Shown: positions 42,209-51,406, counted from the stretch's first letter. The stretch is DNA of 64,000 bases from Candidatus Heimdallarchaeota archaeon (GCA_019057815.1 JAHLWR010000002.1:32001-96000); one strand, 5' to 3'. Translations and numbers: made by a program. The notes: a model not told the origin generated them from the sequence alone.

Positions 42209-42256
42209 CTGAAAATTCTCGGGAGAATATTTAAATATCCCCGAAAGAAAATTTCA
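42209..42256 (+). promoter_or_regulatory. Putative operator/promoter of the secreted partner gene
   Basis: ctgaaaattctcggg-agaatatttaaatatc-cccgaaagaaaatttc, an imperfect palindrome around tttaaata. Confidence 0.55.
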
Positions 42257-42260
42257 ATTA

Positions 42261-42719
42261 ATGAAATATCTCAAAAAGGTTTCAATATTGTTCTTATTTG
42301 TGTTATTATTAGCTAGTATTAGCATTTATTCTACTTCAGCTAAACCTCCGCGCTCCAGTGAAACAGAGATACATTCAGTAACCATAACTGACGCTTATTA
42401 CATAGGATGTGATATTTACTCTTCTATTACTGTAACAGTTAAGACAAATGCGAATACAGAAAATTACTATCTTAAAATCATTCTAACCAATCCAATAGGT
42501 GAAGAAGTATCGATAATTTTTCATATAATAGCATCACAAGAAACGGTTAACTTAGACCTCACGTTCTACAATTACGCGACTGTCTCGGGGGACTACATTA
42601 TTGAAGCTACTATAGTTTCAAATAGCAATGGCTGGTTTGCTGTTACTGATGTACTTGTTTTTGATCCTCCTAGTGGTGGCAGCGAAGGCGACCCGTATAT
42701 AGGAGTAAGTGTATATTAG
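42261..42719 (+). CDS. Small secreted beta-rich protein
   Basis: Signal peptide ending TSA; alternating beta-strand pattern (Ig-like by inference). Confidence 0.75.
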   Translation: MKYLKKVSILFLFVLLLASISIYSTSAKPPRSSETEIHSVTITDAYYIGCDIYSSITVTVKTNANTENYYLKIILTNPIGEEVSIIFHIIASQETVNLDLTFYNYATVSGDYIIEATIVSNSNGWFAVTDVLVFDPPSGGSEGDPYIGVSVY

Positions 42720-42760
42720 TAATAATAGAACTACCACCTATATTAGGGAGGAATAAGCAT

Positions 42761-43846
42761 ATGATTCCGTATTATAATCTATTCCAATATTTACAAAAAA
42801 ATCCTAATGCTAACTATTCACAAATGGCTAAGGAGCTAAAAATTACTGATAAGACTGCTAAAGCTCATTATCAGTATTTAGTTAAAAATGGATATATAAT
42901 TGGAGTTAGAGCTAAATATAAACCTGAAAGCATAGGGTTAGAAACGAATAGTTACATCCTTTCTATCTCCGATTTGAAAAGAGTAAAAATTATTGAAAAA
43001 CTAGCTGATTTCCATTATTTTACAACTTTTAGAAACAGGATTCTAGGAAGCGCACAAGGATTATTTCTCCAATTTGATGTGCCAGCAACAACCTCAAAAT
43101 ACCTTGATGCACTTTTTCTAAAACTTCAAGAATATAATATTATAGAGCAGTTTGAAAAAATCCTTTCACTACAGATAAAAGTCATTACAAAACCTGAATT
43201 CCAATTTTTTGACAATAAAATAGGAAAATGGACATGGGAGATTGATTCTTGGGAAAAGAAATATCAAACATCTTCCACTATATTTTCGGAAGAACCACAA
43301 AAAAAGAGAAATTTCATGAAACAACTGAGAGAATTAGATCTCAAACTTTTGTACAAATTAACCAGTGGTACAAAAGTTCCTCATGTTAAATTAGCAAAAG
43401 AACTTGATGCAACATCAGTTCAAATAACACGAAGAATCAACTTTTTAAATGAAAATATACTGAATTACCGACTTTTGTATACACGATCAAAAATTCAACC
43501 TGTTGATCTTGTTCTCTTTAGAGGTAAGTGTTCAGAGGTAAAGAAAAACAAATTATACAATTTAATCACAAAACACTCTATTCCCTTTGATACTGGTTTT
43601 GAATTGTTAGATGACGGTTTTATGTGGAGAATGAATGTTCCACCATCGTACGTTTCACAATTTGGGGAATTCTTATGGAGCATTTGCGTGAATCTACAAT
43701 TTTTTCACTTTGATCATAGTAAAAGTATGTTATACTACTTCTATGACGGAAACTATGATACAGAAAAGAAGGTTTGGAAAGCAACAAAGGCTGAACTTTA
43801 CGAGCTCCCGCTTGAATGGCTTAAAGAAAATCAAAAATGGATTTAG
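42761..43846 (+). CDS. Tandem Lrp/AsnC-like winged-helix transcriptional regulator
   Basis: Two HTH units (NYSQMAKELKIT...; LDLKLLYKL...LAKELDAT...RRI); GGAGG SD. Confidence 0.8.
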   Translation: MIPYYNLFQYLQKNPNANYSQMAKELKITDKTAKAHYQYLVKNGYIIGVRAKYKPESIGLETNSYILSISDLKRVKIIEKLADFHYFTTFRNRILGSAQGLFLQFDVPATTSKYLDALFLKLQEYNIIEQFEKILSLQIKVITKPEFQFFDNKIGKWTWEIDSWEKKYQTSSTIFSEEPQKKRNFMKQLRELDLKLLYKLTSGTKVPHVKLAKELDATSVQITRRINFLNENILNYRLLYTRSKIQPVDLVLFRGKCSEVKKNKLYNLITKHSIPFDTGFELLDDGFMWRMNVPPSYVSQFGEFLWSICVNLQFFHFDHSKSMLYYFYDGNYDTEKKVWKATKAELYELPLEWLKENQKWI

Positions 43847-43867
43847 AAACTATCAATCGAAAAATCT

Positions 43868-44389
43868 ATGACTGACCAAAATAAGAACATTGTAATGAGT
43901 TCCGTTGAAGAAAAAATAGGTAAACTATTACAAAGTAAAAGTTGGACATTAGCAACTGCAGAATCATGTACTGGAGGTTTCATCGCCCATTCTATAACAA
44001 ATATTTCTGGGAGTTCCTCCTATTTCAAGAGCGGATTTATAATATACAGTTTGGAATCAAAAAAGCGAATTCTTGATTTGGAGGAAAAAATAATTGAGAA
44101 TTTTGGTGTTTATTCACCAGAAACAGCTATAGCAATGGCAAATAATGTGAGAAAAATAGCAAATGCAACTATCGGTCTCTCTACTACAGGAATAGCACCT
44201 CCAGATGATGATAAAACAAAAAAACCTATTGGGCTAGCTTTTGTGGGAATTTCATCTTCTAAAATTCAAGAGTTTAGGCAATTTGATATTAAATGTAATA
44301 GCAGAGAAGAATTCAAGCAAAAACTAACAAAAGAGGCCCTGGGATTTTTAGAATCCTTTTTGATAAAAACATTAAAGGATAATAATTAA
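43868..44389 (+). CDS. CinA C-terminal / PncC-like NMN deamidase
   Basis: ATAESCTGG, ISGSS, AIAMA, STTGIA. Confidence 0.88.
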   Translation: MTDQNKNIVMSSVEEKIGKLLQSKSWTLATAESCTGGFIAHSITNISGSSSYFKSGFIIYSLESKKRILDLEEKIIENFGVYSPETAIAMANNVRKIANATIGLSTTGIAPPDDDKTKKPIGLAFVGISSSKIQEFRQFDIKCNSREEFKQKLTKEALGFLESFLIKTLKDNN

Positions 44390-44497
44390 CAAACAATGGT
44401 ATTAATCACCTGTGGTTGGATGTTACCCTTACAATAGGAAACTTTTTCATGTTTTTGCATGAAACGTTAATAACACATGAAAGATGGTTAATTGCAC

Positions 44498-46063
44498 ATG
44501 GAATTTCTTGATGATTTCGACATTTCAATGGATCTTCTAAGCATTGAGAAAAGAGATTATCAAATAGATGCTGTTAAAGAAATCATCGAAACTTTATCTG
44601 AAAAATCTATTTTGCTTAATTATCCTTATGGAACAGGCAAAACAATCATAGCTCTACTCTCATTTTTAGCGATAAGGAAAGTTAAACCAGAAGCTAAGTT
44701 TATTTTTACTTCAGCTCGGGAAGCTGCAGCTTTGCGTTGTCGTCAAGCTTTAGAGATGGCTAAAAAATTCGGTTTTATAGAAGAATTAGGCTATTTATAT
44801 GACCCTCGAGGAAAGGGATTGAGTTTAAGACAAAAACATAAGATGTATGAAGCATCTTCAGTTATTTTTGCTCCTATTACAACAATAATGAAAGATCGGT
44901 TTGAAATGCGAAGTAAATTAAAAGATGATATTCTCAAATCTATAGATTTGTGTGTAATTGATGAAGCAACCGATCTCCTTGCAAGAGATATGACAGGTTT
45001 TCGATTGAGTAAATATTTTGATACACTATTTCAAATAAGAAAACAAGGGAATATGTTTCCCATCTTAGCTATGACAGGAACAAGAGATAAGCAAAAGGCT
45101 AAAGCTATTAAGAAAATGTTAGATGAAAACGCCTATATGATGCAACGTCTTGACCTTTCACCTTATGAAACTATTACAAAAATGCACCAAATTAAAAGAG
45201 AAGATTATATCAAAATTGATCATTTACTATCATCTTTACTAAGTAAACCCGTTGAAACCATCCAAAAACTACTGGATTCTAAACTTTCGCGTCTTGAGAT
45301 AATCAAACTCTCCTATGGAGGGATTGTAGAGAGGTTGCAGACAGCTAAAAATGAATATCCTGTAAGAGTGGGAAGGTTTCAGATTAAAGATAAAGAAACC
45401 AAAGATGAATTAATCAATGCTTTCTTTAGATTGTTTAAGTTTGCACATTCGCGGTTACTTTTACTTGAATCAACTCCAAATGAGTTTCTTAAATATATAG
45501 AAATTGAAGAAAACAAAGAATTCTTCAAAGACGTTATTGAAGCAAGCAAAGAGATGATATCTTATAGAATTGATCTTCCACTCTATGACAACCCTTCAGA
45601 AACAATTACTCGAGCTTTTATCCAACCCAAAGTGTACACTGCAGTTGAGATTATTTATGATCACTTAGTTAGAGGAGCACAAATTTTACTTTTTACTAGA
45701 TATCTTGCTCTTGGAGAACAAATATACAGATTATTGAGAAAGCTAAATTTTCCCAATGTTAGATATCTTTCTGGTAAAACTCCAGAAGACCTGAGAAGAA
45801 TAACTCTCAAAGAGTTTGAAGAAGGAAATGCTGAAATATTAATTTTCACCCCTGTTGGAGGAAGGGGACTTAATTTAGATGCTGCTGATGTGGTTATTCA
45901 TCTTGATATCACCACTAACATTGATGACATGATACAACGAAGAGAACGCGCAAGAGGATGTTTGGAATATGTTCTGGTTCTTCAAGAAACCAGTGAAGAA
46001 AAAAAGGTTGAGGATTACGGAAAATTAATAGACAGCTTAAATAATAAAGAAACTGAAAATTAG
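44498..46063 (+). CDS. SF2 helicase-like protein (Hef/ERCC4-helicase-like) with divergent motifs
   Basis: RDYQ, PYGTGKT, IDEAT, MTGT, LLFT, GGRGLNL, IQRRERARG. Confidence 0.75.
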   Translation: MEFLDDFDISMDLLSIEKRDYQIDAVKEIIETLSEKSILLNYPYGTGKTIIALLSFLAIRKVKPEAKFIFTSAREAAALRCRQALEMAKKFGFIEELGYLYDPRGKGLSLRQKHKMYEASSVIFAPITTIMKDRFEMRSKLKDDILKSIDLCVIDEATDLLARDMTGFRLSKYFDTLFQIRKQGNMFPILAMTGTRDKQKAKAIKKMLDENAYMMQRLDLSPYETITKMHQIKREDYIKIDHLLSSLLSKPVETIQKLLDSKLSRLEIIKLSYGGIVERLQTAKNEYPVRVGRFQIKDKETKDELINAFFRLFKFAHSRLLLLESTPNEFLKYIEIEENKEFFKDVIEASKEMISYRIDLPLYDNPSETITRAFIQPKVYTAVEIIYDHLVRGAQILLFTRYLALGEQIYRLLRKLNFPNVRYLSGKTPEDLRRITLKEFEEGNAEILIFTPVGGRGLNLDAADVVIHLDITTNIDDMIQRRERARGCLEYVLVLQETSEEKKVEDYGKLIDSLNNKETEN

Positions 46064-46183
46064 TGTAAAATTAGAAATAAAGATTTTTTTTCTGATTTTC
46101 ATGTCAAGTCTTTTCGTTGCAGTCAAAAGCATATATATACCCTCTTTATTTCTTTGAACAAACCGAAAGAGGATGTTGTTATT

Positions 46184-47314
46184 ATGGGACATGATAAAAC
46201 ATGGTTAATTGTAAAAGAAGAACCACTCGCAGGTTACTCTTTACTGAATATTTTTCGAGTTCTTTGGGACAATAAGTTTAGAATGCACCCCAAATACTAT
46301 TTACGATTTTGGTACGCTATTGGATTGAATCTTGTCACTTTACCTTTAAGAGTAATACAAAAAATAAGGTTTCACTCCAAAATAAAGAATACAGTGATTA
46401 AGGAGGATCCTATTTTTATAATAGGTCATTACAGAACAGGAACCACATATTTGATGACTTTAATGGCTTACGATAAGACAAAGGGATATGTTTCTAATAT
46501 TGAGGGATATGCTACACTTTTCTACCTAGCATTTCCAAAATTCACGAGATGGATAATTGAATCGTCATTACCAGATGTTAGACCTATGGATAATGTGATT
46601 ATGGGGGCTGATGAACCTACAGAAGAGGAATATTGTATCGGGACATATACACGATATGGTTACTATACTGGCTTCATATTCCCACGTAACTTTGATCTAT
46701 ATTCAAGATTTCTAACGTTTGAAGGAATGCCTAAGCATTTGGAAAAATGGAAAAAGAACTATTATTATTTGGTTCAGATGCTTACTTTAGGTCACAAAGG
46801 TAAGCAATTATTTCTAAAAAACCCTGCAAATAGTTATCGTATACCTCACATTTTAGAAATGTTCCCCAATGCAAAGTTTATTCATACATATAGAAACCCA
46901 TACAAAACCTACTCGAGTACAGTGAAATTTTTTGATGAGGTTTTCGCCATATATACACTACAAACTTGGGATAAAGAAAAAATGAAACAAGATATTCTAG
47001 ACAACTACAAATTGTTGTATGAATACCACGAAAAAGACTTGCACTTAATTCCAGAAGACCATATTGTTCATGTTAAATATGAAGAGTTCATCAAAGATCC
47101 TGTAACCAATATGGAAAGAATTTACAAAGATTTGAATATTGATGGTTGGGATGAACATAAGGATGACATGATTGCTTACGCTGAATCTCAAAAACGTGAA
47201 TATAAACCTAACATACATATTACTGATGATGATGTTATCCGAAGAGTCAACGAACATTGGAATGATATGCGCGAGAAATACGGTTACGAACGATTAGAGC
47301 CCAAAGAAAACTAA
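46184..47314 (+). CDS. PAPS-dependent sulfotransferase family protein
   Basis: IFIIGHYRTGTT, RPMDN, LKNP, FIHTYRNP...SS, VKYEE. Confidence 0.9.
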   Translation: MGHDKTWLIVKEEPLAGYSLLNIFRVLWDNKFRMHPKYYLRFWYAIGLNLVTLPLRVIQKIRFHSKIKNTVIKEDPIFIIGHYRTGTTYLMTLMAYDKTKGYVSNIEGYATLFYLAFPKFTRWIIESSLPDVRPMDNVIMGADEPTEEEYCIGTYTRYGYYTGFIFPRNFDLYSRFLTFEGMPKHLEKWKKNYYYLVQMLTLGHKGKQLFLKNPANSYRIPHILEMFPNAKFIHTYRNPYKTYSSTVKFFDEVFAIYTLQTWDKEKMKQDILDNYKLLYEYHEKDLHLIPEDHIVHVKYEEFIKDPVTNMERIYKDLNIDGWDEHKDDMIAYAESQKREYKPNIHITDDDVIRRVNEHWNDMREKYGYERLEPKEN

Positions 47315-47425
47315 CTTCAATGTCGTCCTATATTCAATAGTAGTATTAAGATATTCTTTTGTTCTGAAAGTTAATCTATATTCGAAAAAAGAGTGAACTT
47401 ATGACATGAATTTTGTACAAATCCT

Positions 47426-47580
47426 TTAGAAGTGCTTGAGGCACATCATGGGGACTCCACATACCCTCCTACACCGCCCACACCTTCTCATAAAGATGCT
47501 TACGGTTTCGCTTTTGGATGGTTGTTGGATGTAGACCCAAGGATCACCATGAAGTTGGTGCATATCTACAATCCTTCAAA
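47426..47580 (-). other. GC-rich structured intergenic element (candidate ncRNA or 45-aa Cys-rich ORF)
   Basis: About 49% GC by hand count over 140 nt in an AT-rich background; nested hairpin; TATA-like box at 47599-47606. Confidence 0.35.
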
Positions 47581-47708
47581 AGATAATTTATACGACACTA
47601 TATAAACACCATAAAATGTACAAAAAAATACTTATAAATTCGCTATTTAAAGGTTGAAAAAAGTCAAATACAAAAGCAAGATGATTTGCAGTTAGAAAGT
47701 GGATTTAA

Positions 47709-49343
47709 ATGGTTAGCAACATTATAATTTCTCAGAAAGAAGATTGTTCGCCTTTTGAAGATGTTAGAGCAATTAAGGGAGAAGAAGCAATTCTATCAAC
47801 TCACCAAGATTATTGTATCGATGAATCCAAGCTTGCTGGGGGGTATGCGGATTGGTTATTCTTTCCCAAAAATGAAAGGGATATTATTTCTATTGTAAAT
47901 AAGATGAAGGAAGACAAAACACCAATAACTATTTCTGGTGCAAGAACAGGAATCGTCGGATCTGCCGTTCCAACATGTGGTGGAGCTATTCTTTCATTCG
48001 ATGATATGAAGCAAGTAAAGGGAATAAGTTATGATAAAGATACTCAGAAATATTTTGTTAGAATTCAACCAGGGTTAACTTTAGAAGAACTTGCTGATAT
48101 CCTAAAATATAAACGATTTTCACAAGAGCATAATCTTGACGAAGAGGATTGGGTACAGGCTTTTAAAAAGGTTGAAAGGGGACATATTTTCCCAGTGGAT
48201 CCTACAGAAATGACTGCAGCTGTAGGTGGTTCCATTGCAGCTAATGCTTCTGGAGGTAGATCTTTTAAATATGGGGCTATGCGTCCGTGGGTTAAACATC
48301 TACGCGTTGTTATTGAATCAGGAGAAGTTCTTGATATAGAAAGAGGACAATACATAGCTGTTAATAGCAAGTTTATCATTAAAACTTCTGAAAAAGATAT
48401 TGAAATTGATATCCCTACTTATAAAATGCCTGAAGCAAAAAACGCTGCAGGATTATATGCCAAACCTGACATGGATCTTGTAGATCTTTTCATTGGTTCT
48501 GAAGGGATATTAGGAATCATTACGGAAGTGGATTTGTGGCTAATAGAAAAACCTGAAGTCCTAACAAATGCTTTATTTTTTAAAACAGAAGAGGATGCAA
48601 TAAATTTTGTAAAAAAATTACGATCAATAGAAAATTTAGATATAGAATACATAGAATTTTTCGATAAAAATGCTTTCAACTTACTTAGGTCTAGACGAAA
48701 AACCAATCCTGAACTTGCTAATATTGACACAATTCCTGAAGATACAACTACAGCAATATTTTTTGAAATACCATTTTCAGATGATACTTTTGAGGAGATT
48801 TTTGTTACATTAGACGAGATAGCAACAGAGTCTAACACCTCAGTTGACTCAGGATGGAGTGCTTTAGATGATAATGAGCGCGATAAGTTTAGAAAAATAC
48901 GACATGCAGTCCCTGAAATTGTAAATAGCATAATATCAAAAAGAAAAGCAACTTATCCTAATCTTCACAAACTAGGTACAGATATGTCAGTAACAGATAA
49001 TCATCTACAAGATATAATGACATTCTATCATCAAACACTTAAGGAAACTACCTTGGAATACGTAATATGGGGACACATAGGTGACAACCATGTCCACGTC
49101 AACATTTTACCAAAGAACATGGAAGAACTAGATTTAGGAAAACAACTCTACAAGGAATTCGCCAAGAAAGCTGTTGAATACGGTGGATCCGTCTCAGCTG
49201 AGCATGGAATTGGGAAAATCAAGCATGAATACCTGGAAATAATGTACGGAGAAGAAGGCGTAGAACAAATGAGATCTGTGAAAAGGAAACTAGATCCAGA
49301 AGGATTATTCAACAGAGATAATGTTTTTTCATTCACAGGCTAA
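47709..49343 (+). CDS. FAD-binding oxidoreductase (D-lactate/glycolate dehydrogenase GlcD/LctD-like), copy A
   Basis: SGARTG, PVDP, GGSIAANASG, FIGSEGILGII, GHIGDNHVH, SAEHGIG. Confidence 0.9.
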   Translation: MVSNIIISQKEDCSPFEDVRAIKGEEAILSTHQDYCIDESKLAGGYADWLFFPKNERDIISIVNKMKEDKTPITISGARTGIVGSAVPTCGGAILSFDDMKQVKGISYDKDTQKYFVRIQPGLTLEELADILKYKRFSQEHNLDEEDWVQAFKKVERGHIFPVDPTEMTAAVGGSIAANASGGRSFKYGAMRPWVKHLRVVIESGEVLDIERGQYIAVNSKFIIKTSEKDIEIDIPTYKMPEAKNAAGLYAKPDMDLVDLFIGSEGILGIITEVDLWLIEKPEVLTNALFFKTEEDAINFVKKLRSIENLDIEYIEFFDKNAFNLLRSRRKTNPELANIDTIPEDTTTAIFFEIPFSDDTFEEIFVTLDEIATESNTSVDSGWSALDDNERDKFRKIRHAVPEIVNSIISKRKATYPNLHKLGTDMSVTDNHLQDIMTFYHQTLKETTLEYVIWGHIGDNHVHVNILPKNMEELDLGKQLYKEFAKKAVEYGGSVSAEHGIGKIKHEYLEIMYGEEGVEQMRSVKRKLDPEGLFNRDNVFSFTG

Positions 49344-49384
49344 TGTAAGTATTTCTATAAATTTCTTTTTAAAAATAGTTTGCT

Positions 49385-49409
49385 GACTCTGTTAATATTC
49401 AACAGAGTC
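49385..49409. terminator. Perfect 9-bp inverted repeat directly after microprotein 2 stop
   Basis: gactctgtt-aatattc-aacagagtc; lies between convergent genes. Confidence 0.7.
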
Positions 49410-49411
49410 GA

Positions 49412-49531
49412 TTAATTACCAATCAACTGAAATCGAACAGTTTTGGAGAGCATTTCTATTTGATTCAATTTTCTTGAACTTTGGTAAGTTTTTTTGTTTT
49501 TATTTGATCTTTGAGCTGTGTGTCTGTACAT
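49412..49531 (-). CDS. 39-aa microprotein 2 (MYRHTAQRSNKNKKTYQSSRKLNQIEMLSKTVRFQLIGN)
   Basis: SD/start context ataggtgcaaaaaaATG; shares C-terminal motif with the upstream microprotein. Confidence 0.75.
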   Translation of the reverse strand: MYRHTAQRSNKNKKTYQSSRKLNQIEMLSKTVRFQLIGN

Positions 49532-49541
49532 TTTTTTGCAC

Positions 49542-49664
49542 CTATTTCATTGCGCCTACTAATTGTAGTCTGACTAAATTTGTTAGCATTTCAATACTAT
49601 TATATTGTTTTCCATATTCTTGTTCATGTCCGTTTTCCAGTTTTTGAGATGTTTTTTTAACCAT
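49542..49664 (-). CDS. 40-aa microprotein 1 (MVKKTSQKLENGHEQEYGKQYNSIEMLTNLVRLQLVGAMK)
   Basis: SD/start context ataggtgcaaaaaATG; upstream TATA-like ttattaaa; paralogous to the downstream ORF. Confidence 0.75.
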   Translation of the reverse strand: MVKKTSQKLENGHEQEYGKQYNSIEMLTNLVRLQLVGAMK

Positions 49665-49987
49665 TTTTTGCACCTATACATACCATAGAGTCTTATTTAA
49701 TAAGCAATTTTAAAATTCACTTGTTTTACAGCCTAACTCTAAAGTTTACAGAACTTCACTTGAGGAATAAATATACTATAAAGAAGTAAAAGCATTAAAC
49801 CAGATGGTTTATATTGGAAAAAGTGAAGAATTATCCACTAAAACATATAGATATAAGAATAAAGAAGAGATATTAACTGGGTGAATTTGCTATTATATCA
49901 AGAGCTTTTTCTATTTTAATACCCAATTATTTCACCTTTGTCTATCATGAATTGGATTGAATGACAAAAAATTATTCTTTTGTTATG

Positions 49988-50683
49988 TCAACTTAAATCA
50001 ATAGGTGACGATCTTTTTTTTTTCAGAATTTTTTTCATTTTATTAATGTTAACAGGTTTTCCATGTGAAATGTATATTTTCTTTGCTCCTTCCTTGATTA
50101 TACGTTCCCAACTAGATAAAACCTGCTCTATATCTTGTGCAATAGTTGGCAATCCTGAATTTATTCGTAGAGGAAAGCCATGAGCACAACATCCAATGAA
50201 AGCATTACCTTTTTCCGTAATTATCGAAATTGTCCCCGAAGTATGTCCAGGAGTGTGGATTACTTTTGCATTTATACCAAATTCTTGAAGAGAATACTCA
50301 TCCTTAATAACTATATCTGGTTCGACAGGATCAAAAAATTTCAGTGAATTGGGAAGAAGATTGATTAATATCTTACTAATAAATGAAGTGGGTTTTACTT
50401 CAGCTGAGATGCCTTTTCGGAGAAAATTTGCATCATTTTCATGAACTAAAACTTGAGCATTTGATATATCCTTCAAAGCTTTAAGACCACCTACATGATC
50501 AAAATGAGCATGATTGACTATGATGAGCTTTATCGCTTTTGGATCAATATTTTGTTTCTTCAACAAGCGCAAATATTTTTTCACATTTGATTTATACCCC
50601 GCGTCCATCTGAATATAGCCATCACCTGCTTTAAGTAACTGGACTTTTGTAAAACCTAAATTTAGTTCAATGTATTCTTCCAT
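49988..50683 (-). CDS. MBL-fold metallo-hydrolase
   Basis: DAG, NHAHFDHVGG, HTPGHTSG, SHG. Confidence 0.9.
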   Translation of the reverse strand: MEEYIELNLGFTKVQLLKAGDGYIQMDAGYKSNVKKYLRLLKKQNIDPKAIKLIIVNHAHFDHVGGLKALKDISNAQVLVHENDANFLRKGISAEVKPTSFISKILINLLPNSLKFFDPVEPDIVIKDEYSLQEFGINAKVIHTPGHTSGTISIITEKGNAFIGCCAHGFPLRINSGLPTIAQDIEQVLSSWERIIKEGAKKIYISHGKPVNINKMKKILKKKRSSPIDLS

Positions 50684-50845
50684 ACAATTCGACCTTTTTT
50701 TTAACTTCTTATAGTTTTCTAACTTCATTACAGACAGACGCAAAAAGTAAATCAGGGAAAAAAATGACAGATGTGAGAAAATGTGAGATATGATAAATGA
50801 CGTTGAGTTTATATGTAATCAAGATTTTATCAAATTCGGTTACTT

Positions 50846-51406
50846 ATGACACCTAAGAAAGATAAAAAAGAAAAAACTCCAAAAACTGGTGATGATTCCT
50901 TCATTGAGGACGTTTTTGATGCTTACAAGCAATCAGTTATCTTGCTTGTCATGTCAATTGTCTATAATATCATTGCTGGTGGTTTAGGCTATTTGGGTTA
51001 TTATTTAGCTCAGAAAGATGGCTTTGATTTTACTGATTTTGTGACTGATTTAATGGATGATCCAATGAGTATTTTGGATGTAGAATTTCATTATGGTTTG
51101 TACATAATTGGAGTTGCTGCGGTACTTGTTATCATGGGCTTTGCAGCAGCATTCCTCTTCACGGGATCTAGAAATGATAGAATTGCTAAACCATTGGGAT
51201 TCTTCAAAGCTTACACTGCGACATGGAAAATCTTATTCCAATTTGCGATAGTGATTGTAATTTTCGGTGGAATTTACTTCGGTATTACCTATGTAGAAAA
51301 TCCTACAGTAGTATTGGTTGTTGGAATAATATGTGGTGTAGTAGCTGTAATAACTCCATTAGCTATGATATTTAGAGTTGTAGACTTTTTACTCGAATTG
51401 GAGTAA
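50846..51406 (+). CDS. Hypothetical four-TM membrane protein
   Basis: Four hydrophobic segments. Confidence 0.75.
   Translation: MTPKKDKKEKTPKTGDDSFIEDVFDAYKQSVILLVMSIVYNIIAGGLGYLGYYLAQKDGFDFTDFVTDLMDDPMSILDVEFHYGLYIIGVAAVLVIMGFAAAFLFTGSRNDRIAKPLGFFKAYTATWKILFQFAIVIVIFGGIYFGITYVENPTVVLVVGIICGVVAVITPLAMIFRVVDFLLELE

Noticed and set aside
47393-47604. Plus-strand frame with in-frame TGA (possible selenocysteine readthrough)
   Set aside because: No selenoprotein motif, no convincing start, no recognisable SECIS, no Sec machinery in the window
49804-49884. 26-aa ORF MVYIGKSEEL... resembling the GIY-YIG YIG motif
   Set aside because: Too short; no GIY element or catalytic Arg/Glu spacing
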